64,000 bases of DNA, taken from a virus (lineage: Duplodnaviria > Caudoviricetes). The notes beneath the pieces are model-generated. The model was not told the DNA's origin. It searched no databases and worked only from the letters and a program-made list of their open reading frames with translations. Positions 56,037 to 64,000 of this stretch are shown here, one piece after another; within the stretch, counting starts at the first letter, position 1; every line of letters begins with the position of its first letter. The stretch covers positions 13,678 through 77,677 of IMG/VR virus record IMGVR_UViG_3300038608_000011; one strand, written 5' to 3'. Made by a program: the position numbers and the translations under genes.

Positions 56037-56288
56037 ATGCAAAAGAAACTTATAAATGCCCATAAAATGTCCCGAATGGCAATGCATCCAGACGCCCTTC
56101 TCCTATCTGCTCACCTACGAGACGGCAATGACTTCTATAAAATAGTGCAAGCTGAGCTAGCCATTCGTGTAAATAATTATGTGTACCTAAAGAATGGCGA
56201 ACAGCACTATCGATATACAATCGAAGAAGGGGTGGCTTGTAAAGATAATCTGACGATGCATGTTATAGGGAAAGTAAGCCCTTTCTGA
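56037..56288 (+). CDS. hypothetical protein
   Basis: AGGAG RBS. Confidence 0.7.
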   Translation: MQKKLINAHKMSRMAMHPDALLLSAHLRDGNDFYKIVQAELAIRVNNYVYLKNGEQHYRYTIEEGVACKDNLTMHVIGKVSPF

Positions 56289-56300
56289 ATAAGGATACCT

Positions 56301-56576
56301 ATGAGCAGTAAAGTGAAGACAACTTTAGTTCTATATGAAGAAAGTTTACAAGAAGACTTTAAACACCCGTCAAAGTATTACATACGCATAGCTAGTGGAG
56401 ACTTACTATATATCCATTGCAGAGACAGGCTTGTTGCAGTACAATACGTAAAAGATAACTTTGACGGTAAATACGGAATTAGAACTGCAAAACAAAGTAA
56501 AGGTTCTGGAGAATATAGCTGTACTGGAGTAAATTCACGCAAGGGATTCGCAGCTAATTTGCGACCTACAAATTAA
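56301..56576 (+). CDS. hypothetical protein
   Basis: AAGGA RBS. Confidence 0.7.
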   Translation: MSSKVKTTLVLYEESLQEDFKHPSKYYIRIASGDLLYIHCRDRLVAVQYVKDNFDGKYGIRTAKQSKGSGEYSCTGVNSRKGFAANLRPTN

Positions 56577-56588
56577 GAGGAGAATAAA

Positions 56589-56822
56589 ATGATTTTGGTG
56601 TATATGTTTCTAGCATGGTGGTGTATAGGTATTCTTTCCTTTGCATTCGCTGTAACTTATAACTGGATGCAAGGGGCTAATATTTATACTGGTGATTTAG
56701 TTGGTGGTATGCTGTTCTCCCTTCTTGGCCCAGTGTATGCCTTTATTGTAGTTAAAGATTTGGCTTCCTCTTTCAAGCGGAATCGGGACATTGTTATAAA
56801 AGGTCGGCGAAAGGTGAAATGA
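56589..56822 (+). CDS. membrane protein
   Basis: Two TM helices; GAGGAG RBS. Confidence 0.7.
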   Translation: MILVYMFLAWWCIGILSFAFAVTYNWMQGANIYTGDLVGGMLFSLLGPVYAFIVVKDLASSFKRNRDIVIKGRRKVK

Positions 56823-56823
56823 A

Positions 56824-57099
56824 ATGGTGGAGGCATGGTACAAACACAAAGAGCTTGTCCTTATAAAGGATGTAGAGGGAATTTTCGTAGTTTCTTGCAT
56901 AAAACACGTGACATCCCCGGAAGGAGTGCAGCGGTATATGTATCAATTGCAAGATCGAGAAGGTAATCTTTACAAAGAAGGAAGTAATAGCTGGATTGTG
57001 CAAAAGCGTTTGACAAAGATATTGCAGCCGAGTAAACTCGCCTTCGTTGAATTGAAAACCATGCTCTGCGGAGTTATTGAAAGAGGAGATTTTGAATGA
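56824..57099 (+). CDS. hypothetical protein
   Basis: Coupled ORF. Confidence 0.65.
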   Translation: MVEAWYKHKELVLIKDVEGIFVVSCIKHVTSPEGVQRYMYQLQDREGNLYKEGSNSWIVQKRLTKILQPSKLAFVELKTMLCGVIERGDFE

Positions 57100-57515
57100 C
57101 AGCGAATAGGTGGCTTGCAGAGGAGAGGGGACTGGATGAGCAAACAATTGATCGAATAGACTTCATTCATGCTATGATTGATAGTTTGATTAAATGTAAT
57201 ATCGGAAAAGAGTTTTCAGAAAGTGTTTATAATGAAATTGAAAGCTTGGAATATATTTTGCAAGAGTGTTGGGGCTTTAATAAAGATTGTGGTCACCACA
57301 CTTGGAAACGGATTTATAAATTTAAAAACGAGTGGGTTGGTCGCACCTTCCGCTGCTGTTCTACAGAAGTAGAGTTTACAATTCCTTTTGAAGTGCAGGA
57401 AAGAGATTTTTATTCAATAGGGGAGTCGTTCATTGATGTTGGCAGATTAGATGGATACTGGCGATCTGGTGGTAAATTAGAGGAGGTTACAAATGAAATT
57501 CAAACGACTGATTGA
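57096..57515 (+). CDS. hypothetical protein
   Basis: ATGA coupling, GAGGAG RBS. Confidence 0.7.
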   Translation: MTANRWLAEERGLDEQTIDRIDFIHAMIDSLIKCNIGKEFSESVYNEIESLEYILQECWGFNKDCGHHTWKRIYKFKNEWVGRTFRCCSTEVEFTIPFEVQERDFYSIGESFIDVGRLDGYWRSGGKLEEVTNEIQTTD

Positions 57516-57702
57516 TAATAAGCCTGCATACACAGCAGGTAAAGAGTATACTGTCCTTGAGATTGAAGATGGGCGTGACTTTCGTCGATATAGAATAGAA
57601 AATGATATGGGTAGCTCTTTTAATTATTATGTAGATGATTATAGGCAAAGTGCGGGAAATAATTATTATTGTTGGTTCCATGAAATCTGGGAGGAAGTGT
57701 GA
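57493..57702 (+). CDS. hypothetical protein
   Basis: GAGGAGG RBS. Confidence 0.65.
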   Translation: MKFKRLIDNKPAYTAGKEYTVLEIEDGRDFRRYRIENDMGSSFNYYVDDYRQSAGNNYYCWFHEIWEEV

Positions 57703-58136
57703 CTAAATGGGATAAGCGTTATCTTGAGCTTGCACAGTTTGTAGCATCTTGGAGTAAAGACCCTTCTACTAAAGTTGGAGGCTGTATTATTGATGAAAAT
57801 GGAAATCCTGTCTCATTTGGGTTTAATGGATTCCCTAGAAATATGCAAGACACACAGGAACGCTTAGAAGATCGCACATTCAAATATGCCCATACGTTGC
57901 ACAGTGAAGACAATTGTATGTCGTTTGCAAATAGAACATATTTTGAAGGGTGTACGATCTACATAACCCATCCACCCTGCTCACAGTGTCTGTGTAAAAT
58001 GAAACAAAGAAATCTCACAAAGGTTGTGTGCCTAGATGGTGGAGAGGATTTCAAACAACGCTGGAATACAGACGAAGTGATCCTCTTAGCAGAGGAACTA
58101 GGAATAAATGTTAAAATCTACAACGAAAATGATTGA
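57699..58136 (+). CDS. dCMP deaminase
   Basis: SKDPSTKVG, GFNG, HSEDN, THPPCSQC. Confidence 0.92.
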   Translation: MTKWDKRYLELAQFVASWSKDPSTKVGGCIIDENGNPVSFGFNGFPRNMQDTQERLEDRTFKYAHTLHSEDNCMSFANRTYFEGCTIYITHPPCSQCLCKMKQRNLTKVVCLDGGEDFKQRWNTDEVILLAEELGINVKIYNEND

Positions 58137-58162
58137 CACAAAGCCGGCTGAGGAAGTAATAT
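58133..58162 (+). promoter_or_regulatory. possible sigma70 promoter
   Basis: TTGACA-18-TAATAT. Confidence 0.5.
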
Positions 58163-58196
58163 TCTTTATGCCGGTTTTTATTTTGACTGGGAGGAA

Positions 58197-58721
58197 ATGA
58201 TGGATTTGGTAGAAAAGGCTCTAAAATTTGCAGCATACGCACACGAAGGTCAGGTGCGTAAATACACCGGGGAACCTTATATTTTTCATCCGATTGATGT
58301 AATGCACATTGTTATGGATGCGGTTGGCCACAATATTCCAATGCTATGTGCAGCCCTACTACACGATGTAGTGGAGGATTGTGGTGTACAGTTAACCACA
58401 ATTGGAGAGTTGTTTGGTCAGGATGTTATGTGTATGGTTAACGATCTTTCTGATGTATCTATCCCAGAGGATGGTAATCGTGCAGAACGCAAAGAAGTTG
58501 ACCGGCAATGGATTAAGGAGGGGAGGCATCAATCTAAAACAATAAAACTTGCAGACCTCATCTCAAATAGCAAGTCAATCTGCGAACACGACAAAGAATT
58601 CGCAAAGGTTTACATCAAAGAGAAAGAATTACTCCTTGATGTATTGACAGAAGGTGATCCTACTCTGTATGCACAGGCTAAGGATATTGTGGAGAAAGCT
58701 AAGAAGGAATTAGGGATATGA
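58197..58721 (+). CDS. HD-domain hydrolase, SpoT/MESH1-like
   Basis: AHEGQVRK..GEPYIFHP, AALLHDVVED, IKLADLISN. Confidence 0.9.
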   Translation: MMDLVEKALKFAAYAHEGQVRKYTGEPYIFHPIDVMHIVMDAVGHNIPMLCAALLHDVVEDCGVQLTTIGELFGQDVMCMVNDLSDVSIPEDGNRAERKEVDRQWIKEGRHQSKTIKLADLISNSKSICEHDKEFAKVYIKEKELLLDVLTEGDPTLYAQAKDIVEKAKKELGI

Positions 58722-58879
58722 CAGGGCTAAGAATAGAGGTTGCTTTATTTGACAAGGTGTTGGACCTGAAAGCAGAGAATGCGCTACTTAAAGAACAAAT
58801 TAAATTTCTAGAATCCCAGCTAGAAGCGTTGACAAAAGATTCGTTAGATAATAGTATGGGTGTATCAAATATCAATTGA
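58718..58879 (+). CDS. small coiled-coil protein (53 aa)
   Basis: ATGA coupling; LKAENALLKEQIKFLE. Confidence 0.55.
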   Translation: MTGLRIEVALFDKVLDLKAENALLKEQIKFLESQLEALTKDSLDNSMGVSNIN

Positions 58880-58889
58880 GGAGAAAGAG

Positions 58890-59327
58890 ATGGAAGAAAT
58901 ATTGTCTACACAAGACATCCCACAAGACACTAAATCAATACAGCTACGAAGTGTAATTGAGTTTATGCGTCAGCTTGATTATGATTTTTATGTAAGCTCC
59001 TTTATTAAAAGAGGTTCTGATGATTATCATGGTCCTGCCGATATTGTATCTTTCGGTACAGCAGTGGCTATGCACAACAACATCTGGATCAAATCAGATC
59101 GTGAAGAAAGCCATTACATTCCTATGCTTCCTTTGTGGTGGTATGGTGATGCTGACCTTCCTTGTCCTTTCATCACAGATGCCTATACACTAGAGAAGGC
59201 GCAGAGCGCCTGCATTGTTTATCAAGCTCATTTGCAGTATTCTCGTCGTAAGGGTGTGATGTGTCACAAGCATTGGGTCCATTTCAAATCTCCTGCATAT
59301 GCGAAACTTTTCTTGGAGAAAGAATAA
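58890..59327 (+). CDS. hypothetical protein
   Basis: GAGGAG RBS before MEEIL. Confidence 0.7.
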   Translation: MEEILSTQDIPQDTKSIQLRSVIEFMRQLDYDFYVSSFIKRGSDDYHGPADIVSFGTAVAMHNNIWIKSDREESHYIPMLPLWWYGDADLPCPFITDAYTLEKAQSACIVYQAHLQYSRRKGVMCHKHWVHFKSPAYAKLFLEKE

Positions 59328-59329
59328 TC

Positions 59330-59539
59330 ATGGCAAGAGTTCCGCATCCACCACCAAAAACAGAACTGCCACTACTCAATAGTGAAAGGGCAGAGCTTAA
59401 GGAGAAACTTAAGCAAGAAACTATTCGCGCTGATTGCATGTGGGCAGCAGCATTACGTCACTGCACAAGAGTAATAAACGAAAGTAAAGATATATCAGAG
59501 GAAATTAAAATTTCCCTCTTGAAGGAGATTTGGAAATGA
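59330..59539 (+). CDS. hypothetical protein
   Basis: GGAG RBS before MARVP. Confidence 0.65.
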   Translation: MARVPHPPPKTELPLLNSERAELKEKLKQETIRADCMWAAALRHCTRVINESKDISEEIKISLLKEIWK

Positions 59540-59820
59540 GCAAAGAATATATCCCACCGCAGACAAGAATCCAAGTAGTGAAGAGTAGTGTACAAACAGA
59601 TTACTGGTCACAACGTAAGAATTGGTTAGGTTTTTGGGAATCATATTCCAGTCTAAGCTGGTGTGTACTACATGCCCTAGATATTGAGCTTGGTTCTATT
59701 GAGTATGCAAAGAAAGTTATTGATTTGCATCATGAAGCAGCAAAACGAACATGGGAAGATAATCGGTTGATTAAAAAGCACAAGGAAGAGCAGAAGACAA
59801 CGTATTTCAAATATCCATAA
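59536..59820 (+). CDS. hypothetical protein
   Basis: ATGA coupling, AAGGAG RBS. Confidence 0.65.
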   Translation: MSKEYIPPQTRIQVVKSSVQTDYWSQRKNWLGFWESYSSLSWCVLHALDIELGSIEYAKKVIDLHHEAAKRTWEDNRLIKKHKEEQKTTYFKYP

Positions 59821-59842
59821 CAACTCATTTATGAGGTGTACC

Positions 59843-60094
59843 ATGAAACTCTCTATTTTATTAACACTACTATTCCTCACAGCCTGTTCATCTGCTCCTA
59901 AACACAGCATCGTATATTCAAGCAGCTGGACACAAGACAGACAAGATGCTATTATGTATAAATGTAAATCAGAGGCTATTATCCTTACGCTAAAGATGTA
60001 CGAACAGAATAGATATTGGACAGGGAGTGATGTTAATAAAGTGGAGAGGTTTATTCTAGAGAGTTGTTATAAACATTATAGAATTGTTATATAG
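59843..60094 (+). CDS. predicted lipoprotein
   Basis: MKLSILLTLLFLTA-CSS lipobox; GAGG RBS. Confidence 0.75.
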   Translation: MKLSILLTLLFLTACSSAPKHSIVYSSSWTQDRQDAIMYKCKSEAIILTLKMYEQNRYWTGSDVNKVERFILESCYKHYRIVI

Positions 60095-60104
60095 GGAGTG
60101 CATA

Positions 60105-60290
60105 ATGAATAAGGAACAATATAGAGAAGAGTTTCTGGCTGAAATAGGTGTTATTATTCCTGAAGGCTTAGAGTATGACGATTATACTCAGATGGGTAAG
60201 CTTTTGGTTAAACTTACTGGCACGTTATATGAACAAGCTATAAAAATAGAGAAACTAGAACAATTAGTAGAGAGGCTTGAGAGATTGTGA
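60105..60290 (+). CDS. hypothetical protein
   Basis: GGGAG RBS before MNKEQ. Confidence 0.6.
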   Translation: MNKEQYREEFLAEIGVIIPEGLEYDDYTQMGKLLVKLTGTLYEQAIKIEKLEQLVERLERL

Positions 60291-60600
60291 AAACCTACAA
60301 TACCACATATTTTGCAACGACATTGAGGCGCATTAGGTTTTATATAGGTATTTATGGAGAGCACGGTATATTTAGAAATATGAAAGCAATTAGGCTATCA
60401 TATATACAGCCCCATAATTCCAGGAAAAATTGGTACATTAGTATAAACAGAAGTAAATATAAATGAATAATTGGAAGCTATACGGAGATATGGAGTGAGG
60501 GTATTGAAAATAAATAAGGAATAAATGTGACCTCGATAGAGATACTTTTGAAGAAGATGAAACGTCTAATAGGTGTAGCAACAAAGAAAAAGAGCAAAGT

Positions 60601-60861
60601 ATGTTTGAAGAGCAGTTGAATCAAGCCTTTAAACTATTGGAGAGAGATTATGATGGAGTACAAAGGGTATTGGAAAAACTAACACAAGAAGCATTAGATA
60701 ACCTAGACGCTAAGATAGCAGCTAACGCTGACGCCCTTATCACCATTGGTAACAAAGAGTGGTTGAGGCAACGAAGGAAGAAAGCAAATATGACAGAGCT
60801 TGAACAAAAAGAAGCTGTTAGGAAACTTGAGGATGAGAAGCTAGATGACAAGGGGGCGTAA
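60601..60861 (+). CDS. coiled-coil hypothetical protein
   Basis: 86-aa ORF. Confidence 0.6.
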   Translation: MFEEQLNQAFKLLERDYDGVQRVLEKLTQEALDNLDAKIAANADALITIGNKEWLRQRRKKANMTELEQKEAVRKLEDEKLDDKGA

Positions 60862-61267
60862 ACCAATTGTTCTTGTGAATGAGATCAAAGAGCAGATGTG
60901 TGAGCACTGGTATGGAAAAGATGATTATGATACATGGCCTGTGTGGATTGATGATATTGTATCTGGTGTAGCTAGGCTAGATTGGTATGGTGCTAGAGAC
61001 AACCAAATACCTTTGTCCACAGTATCCATTCTGAAATGTTTTTTGTTCCTAGGGGAAATATCCACAGAAACAGTTATGGAGCTTCTTGAAATAAAGAAAA
61101 GCCAGGCTAGCCTGTATATGAAAGCTTGTTCCCTTTGCTATAGATTCTTTGTAAAGTCTCTTGAGAACAAGCAAACATTGACTATGAAATATCCTAGGCA
61201 GAGTATTGTGTCTGAAGAACATGGTATTCGTTTAGGATACGACAATCAGAATAAAGCATATATTTAA
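60845..61267 (+). CDS. hypothetical protein, possible HTH
   Basis: ISTETVMELLEIKKSQASLY segment. Confidence 0.65.
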   Translation: MTRGRKPIVLVNEIKEQMCEHWYGKDDYDTWPVWIDDIVSGVARLDWYGARDNQIPLSTVSILKCFLFLGEISTETVMELLEIKKSQASLYMKACSLCYRFFVKSLENKQTLTMKYPRQSIVSEEHGIRLGYDNQNKAYI

Positions 61268-61284
61268 TTAAACAATTAGTCAAT

Positions 61285-61303
61285 CTAATTAATCCGGTAT
61301 AAT
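61285..61303 (+). promoter_or_regulatory. repeated motif copy 1 (CTAATTAATCCGGTATAAT)
   Basis: Near-identical copies at 62730 and 63973. Confidence 0.6.
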
Positions 61304-61318
61304 ATAATAGGGGTAATT

Positions 61319-62422
61319 ATGGAAGAAGAGTGGAAGGTTGTAGAGGGTTATGAAGGGAAGTACGAGGTTAGTGATTTAGGTAACGTAAGGAATGCTTGGG
61401 ATAACGTTTCAGTTGCTCAGGTGTTAAACGGACTGCCTCAATATTATTATATAAACTTCACACATCCTGATGGATGGAGAAAGATGGAACGGGTGCATCG
61501 CATAGTGGCACTGGCTTTTATAGAAAATGACAACCCTCCGTCAAAAAATGTTGTAGACCACAAAGACAGAAACAAAACTAACAATCACCACACCAATCTT
61601 CGTTGGGTAACTCATAAAGAGAACATGAGAAACAAAGAAGGTGCTTTGATGATAGACGGCATGTATCTAAAAGACTTTGTAGAGGGATATGACAATCCAT
61701 CAGCAGCCTACACCTATATTGCAATCAATGCCTTGAAGCTAGGTTCTATTGATTTAGCTGTACAGAAATATGAGAGTTACTTGTCTTATGGACAACGTAG
61801 ATTAGAGGTTGTGTGGAATGGTAAAACTATTAATCTGAACCACTTATGTGAAGAGCTAGGCTTGGAGTATGGTTCTGTTAGCTCTATACTTCGTAGTGGT
61901 TGGGACATCTGGAATGCTGTTTACAACATACTTCCAACAAGCAGTTACTATTTTAGTTTTGAGATTAAGGGTGATGGTGTTGACCATTGGTATCCAACTA
62001 AAGATTATTTCAGACTTATGCATGGAAGGTCTACAGAAACGTTGACGAAACTATTAGAACTGGACTATACCTTAGAGGAAGTTTTAGCATATACAGGCCT
62101 CGAATATTTAAAACACACTGTACAAGGTGTTACCGGAACCCTAACAGAGTTGTGTGCCTACTTTGAAGTAAGTGAAAGTGCTGTTCAGACAAATATGACC
62201 CGTAAAGGTATGTCTCTAGAAGAAGCACTAACTTCCCCTAGGCAGCGAGTTAAGAAACTTTCAATCAATGGTGTGTATAACAGTCCAAAATATTGGTATG
62301 AGAATTTTGGGATTAATGCTAAGAGAGCCAATGGATACAAGGCCAATAACGGTAAGACTTTCAGAGAAACACTTGAACATTTTGGTATAGATACGTCCGA
62401 GATGATTATTTCCCTCTTGTAA
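61319..62422 (+). CDS. NUMOD4-HNH homing endonuclease
   Basis: EEWKVVEGYEGKYEVSDLGNVR, VHRIVALAF, VDHKDRNKTNN..TNLRW. Confidence 0.92.
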   Translation: MEEEWKVVEGYEGKYEVSDLGNVRNAWDNVSVAQVLNGLPQYYYINFTHPDGWRKMERVHRIVALAFIENDNPPSKNVVDHKDRNKTNNHHTNLRWVTHKENMRNKEGALMIDGMYLKDFVEGYDNPSAAYTYIAINALKLGSIDLAVQKYESYLSYGQRRLEVVWNGKTINLNHLCEELGLEYGSVSSILRSGWDIWNAVYNILPTSSYYFSFEIKGDGVDHWYPTKDYFRLMHGRSTETLTKLLELDYTLEEVLAYTGLEYLKHTVQGVTGTLTELCAYFEVSESAVQTNMTRKGMSLEEALTSPRQRVKKLSINGVYNSPKYWYENFGINAKRANGYKANNGKTFRETLEHFGIDTSEMIISLL

Positions 62423-62729
62423 TTTCTAAAACCCCCTGAAAAATAAGGTCACTAATATAAGCTGACCTTTTCCCTATACCTTAAAAATATGGATATTTAG
62501 TACTAGCGTTAAGTAGGCCTACGGCCGGCCAACCTATCAGTGTACCAAAATGGGAAATATCTGTCTAATTGTATATTACTGTAGGCACAGACGTTACGAT
62601 AGATATTATTAATAGACAACCTATCCTGTAAGTGGACACTATTGGTATGATTAATGATGTTGCAAAGGACATGCCAATAAACACATTATGCGTAGTACAC
62701 ATCATAGGAATAGGCTATAGAGAGACTCT

Positions 62730-62748
62730 CTAATTAATCCGGCATAAT
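62730..62748 (+). promoter_or_regulatory. repeated motif copy 2 (CTAATTAATCCGGCATAAT)
   Basis: 18/19 match to copy 1. Confidence 0.55.
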
Positions 62749-63113
62749 AGTATAGAGGTAGCTAACAGGGCATCTGCAAGGATAGCTGATGGATGACTGA
62801 CAGGGGATAGGTATTGTTTGTTACGTTGTAACGAATGTTTGTTTACTAATGTTTAGTGTAAAAACCTTTAGTACACTAAGTAAAGTTGATTAAGGAATAG
62901 TGTTGTGCTTAACCAATAAGGGTATTTGAACACTATCACCAATAGTAATACATTAACCATTACCTATAAATAACAGTAATACTGATGGTAATGGAGACCC
63001 AGGAGGGTAAGGATTAGAGGGTATTGGCAAAGGTAGCCCTTGCAGGGCAAGTGAAGGGGATAGCTTATAGCTTCGCTATAGAGGGGACTAACTCGAAGAG
63101 TTAGCTTACAGAC

Positions 63114-63138
63114 AAAAGAAAGCCCTCAAAAGAGGGCT
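63114..63138 (-). terminator. Rho-independent terminator
   Basis: AGCCCTC-tttt-GAGGGCT then ttctttt on minus strand. Confidence 0.85.
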
Positions 63139-63157
63139 AAGGTATGTGTAAAGAGAA

Positions 63158-63472
63158 TTACTTAACTTTGTCTTCTGCTACGAACAGAATACTATCTTGC
63201 ATATAAGTACTGCTGCTGTGCTGATCTACAGAAGAGGCACCGTAGCCAACTACTTGGACCCATTTACCAGCTACTTTAACGTTTACCACTAAACGGGTAG
63301 TGGTGCTGTCAGATACCTGTTTAAAGGCTTCACAAGCCACATAAACACGCTTAGTACGCTTATAGCTAGGGTCAACCTTAGTGATGCAGGTATAGCCGTA
63401 AGGGAAGCCGTTGTAGAACTGAGGGGCAGTAAGTTCAGATTGGCAGCAAGTGCAACGAATCAGAGTGGCCAT
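63158..63472 (-). CDS. early hypothetical Zn-finger protein
   Basis: CTCC...GYTC; AGGAGG RBS; own promoter and terminator. Confidence 0.8.
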   Translation of the reverse strand: MATLIRCTCCQSELTAPQFYNGFPYGYTCITKVDPSYKRTKRVYVACEAFKQVSDSTTTRLVVNVKVAGKWVQVVGYGASSVDQHSSSTYMQDSILFVAEDKVK

Positions 63473-63524
63473 GTGAACCTCCTAGGTTCAAGCTTGGTTG
63501 GCTTGATTGCCTCCCATGTGTTGA

Positions 63525-63553
63525 ATATTAGACTAGGAGGGAAAGAGCGTCAA
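63525..63553 (-). promoter_or_regulatory. sigma70 early promoter
   Basis: TTGACG-17-TAATAT. Confidence 0.75.
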
Positions 63554-63635
63554 GAGAAGATTTGATTATTTTTCGTTAGCATTGAAAGCGTCAAACATAG
63601 CTTTGCAAGCATCCCAGAAGGCTCCGGGCAGCGGC

Positions 63636-63660
63636 AAAGAAAAGCCCCTTCACTGGGGCT
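63636..63660 (-). terminator. Rho-independent terminator
   Basis: AGCCCC-agtgaa-GGGGCT then tttcttt on minus strand. Confidence 0.8.
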
Positions 63661-63678
63661 GTTATTCAATCGTATCGG

Positions 63679-63798
63679 CTATGCTGCTAGTGCATTAACC
63701 TCTTTCAACCTCTTACACCAGTAGCAGTAACCAAACCTATCACCTTTATCCTTACAGCATTGTGCTAGCTCAGTGTACACCTGCTGCAATGTTTTCAT
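63679..63798 (-). CDS. small Cys-rich early protein (39 aa)
   Basis: ATGA coupling; MKTLQQVYTELAQCCKDKGDRFGYCYWCKRLKEVNALAA. Confidence 0.55.
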   Translation of the reverse strand: MKTLQQVYTELAQCCKDKGDRFGYCYWCKRLKEVNALAA

Positions 63799-63866
63799 AT
63801 TGAGAAGCTCCAGATGGCTACATCGATAACAAAGAGGGCTATGTGGATACTACCTATAGTGGTCAT
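63795..63866 (-). CDS. small hydrophobic early peptide (23 aa)
   Basis: AAGGAG RBS; MTTIGSIHIALFVIDVAIWSFSI. Confidence 0.5.
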   Translation of the reverse strand: MTTIGSIHIALFVIDVAIWSFSI

Positions 63867-63912
63867 TGTTGCTTCTCCTTTGAGACAGGATGTCTCTGTT
63901 CTCTATGGTGTA

Positions 63913-63941
63913 ACTATAGAGCATCCTAGAAAGGATGTAAA
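63913..63941 (-). promoter_or_regulatory. sigma70 early promoter
   Basis: TTTACA-17-TATAGT; spacer holds CATCCT/AGGATG inverted repeat. Confidence 0.65.
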
Positions 63942-63972
63942 GGATTATTTTATGAACATCGATTGAATGTTT

Positions 63973-63989
63973 TAATAATCCGGTATAAT
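63973..63989 (+). promoter_or_regulatory. repeated motif copy 3 (TAATAATCCGGTATAAT)
   Basis: Shares TAATCCGGTATAAT with copy 1. Confidence 0.55.
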
Positions 63990-64000
63990 AATATAGGGAT

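Noticed and set aside
1-64000. CRISPR array, integrase, rRNA or IS element
   Set aside because: No regularly spaced repeats, recombinase or transposase motifs, or rRNA-like sequence found.

Overview
This window is a 64-kb slice of a lytic, contractile-tailed (myovirus) dsDNA phage genome. Gene content and order recall PAK_P1/KPP10/phiPsa374-type Pseudomonas phages; this is recognition from memory, not a database result. Layout: 1-14.1 kb (+) replication and nucleotide metabolism (SSB-like tail, 5'-3' exonuclease, DEDD exonuclease, MazG-like, DUF3310, 5'-nucleotidase, ThyX, NrdB/NrdA, Rnl2). 14.2-47.9 kb (-) lysis, tail fibres, baseplate, tail, head, portal, terminase, an accessory virion module, tRNA-Thr and small ORFs. 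48.5-62.4 kb (+) host-takeover and anti-defence genes (macrodomain, PRS-like plus NAMPT-like pair, PhoH, ClpP-like, dCMP deaminase, HD hydrolase). 62.4-64 kb is a promoter-rich early-type region. Highlights the ORF track misses: (1) three ORF-less group I introns, two in terL and one in the tail sheath gene, with splice sites fixed by P1, P10, P7 and restored protein motifs; (2) ThyX carries an in-frame ~120-aa HNH-type nuclease domain with no intein or intron hallmarks, paralogous to a free-standing HNH gene 3.6 kb away; (3) several unannotated hairpin-dense non-coding segments, including a GNRA-rich leader on the HNH-terL transcript; (4) a NARP1-like NAD+ reconstitution pair next to a DarG/TARG1-like macrodomain; (5) two repeated candidate phage-specific promoter motifs and a candidate replication origin.
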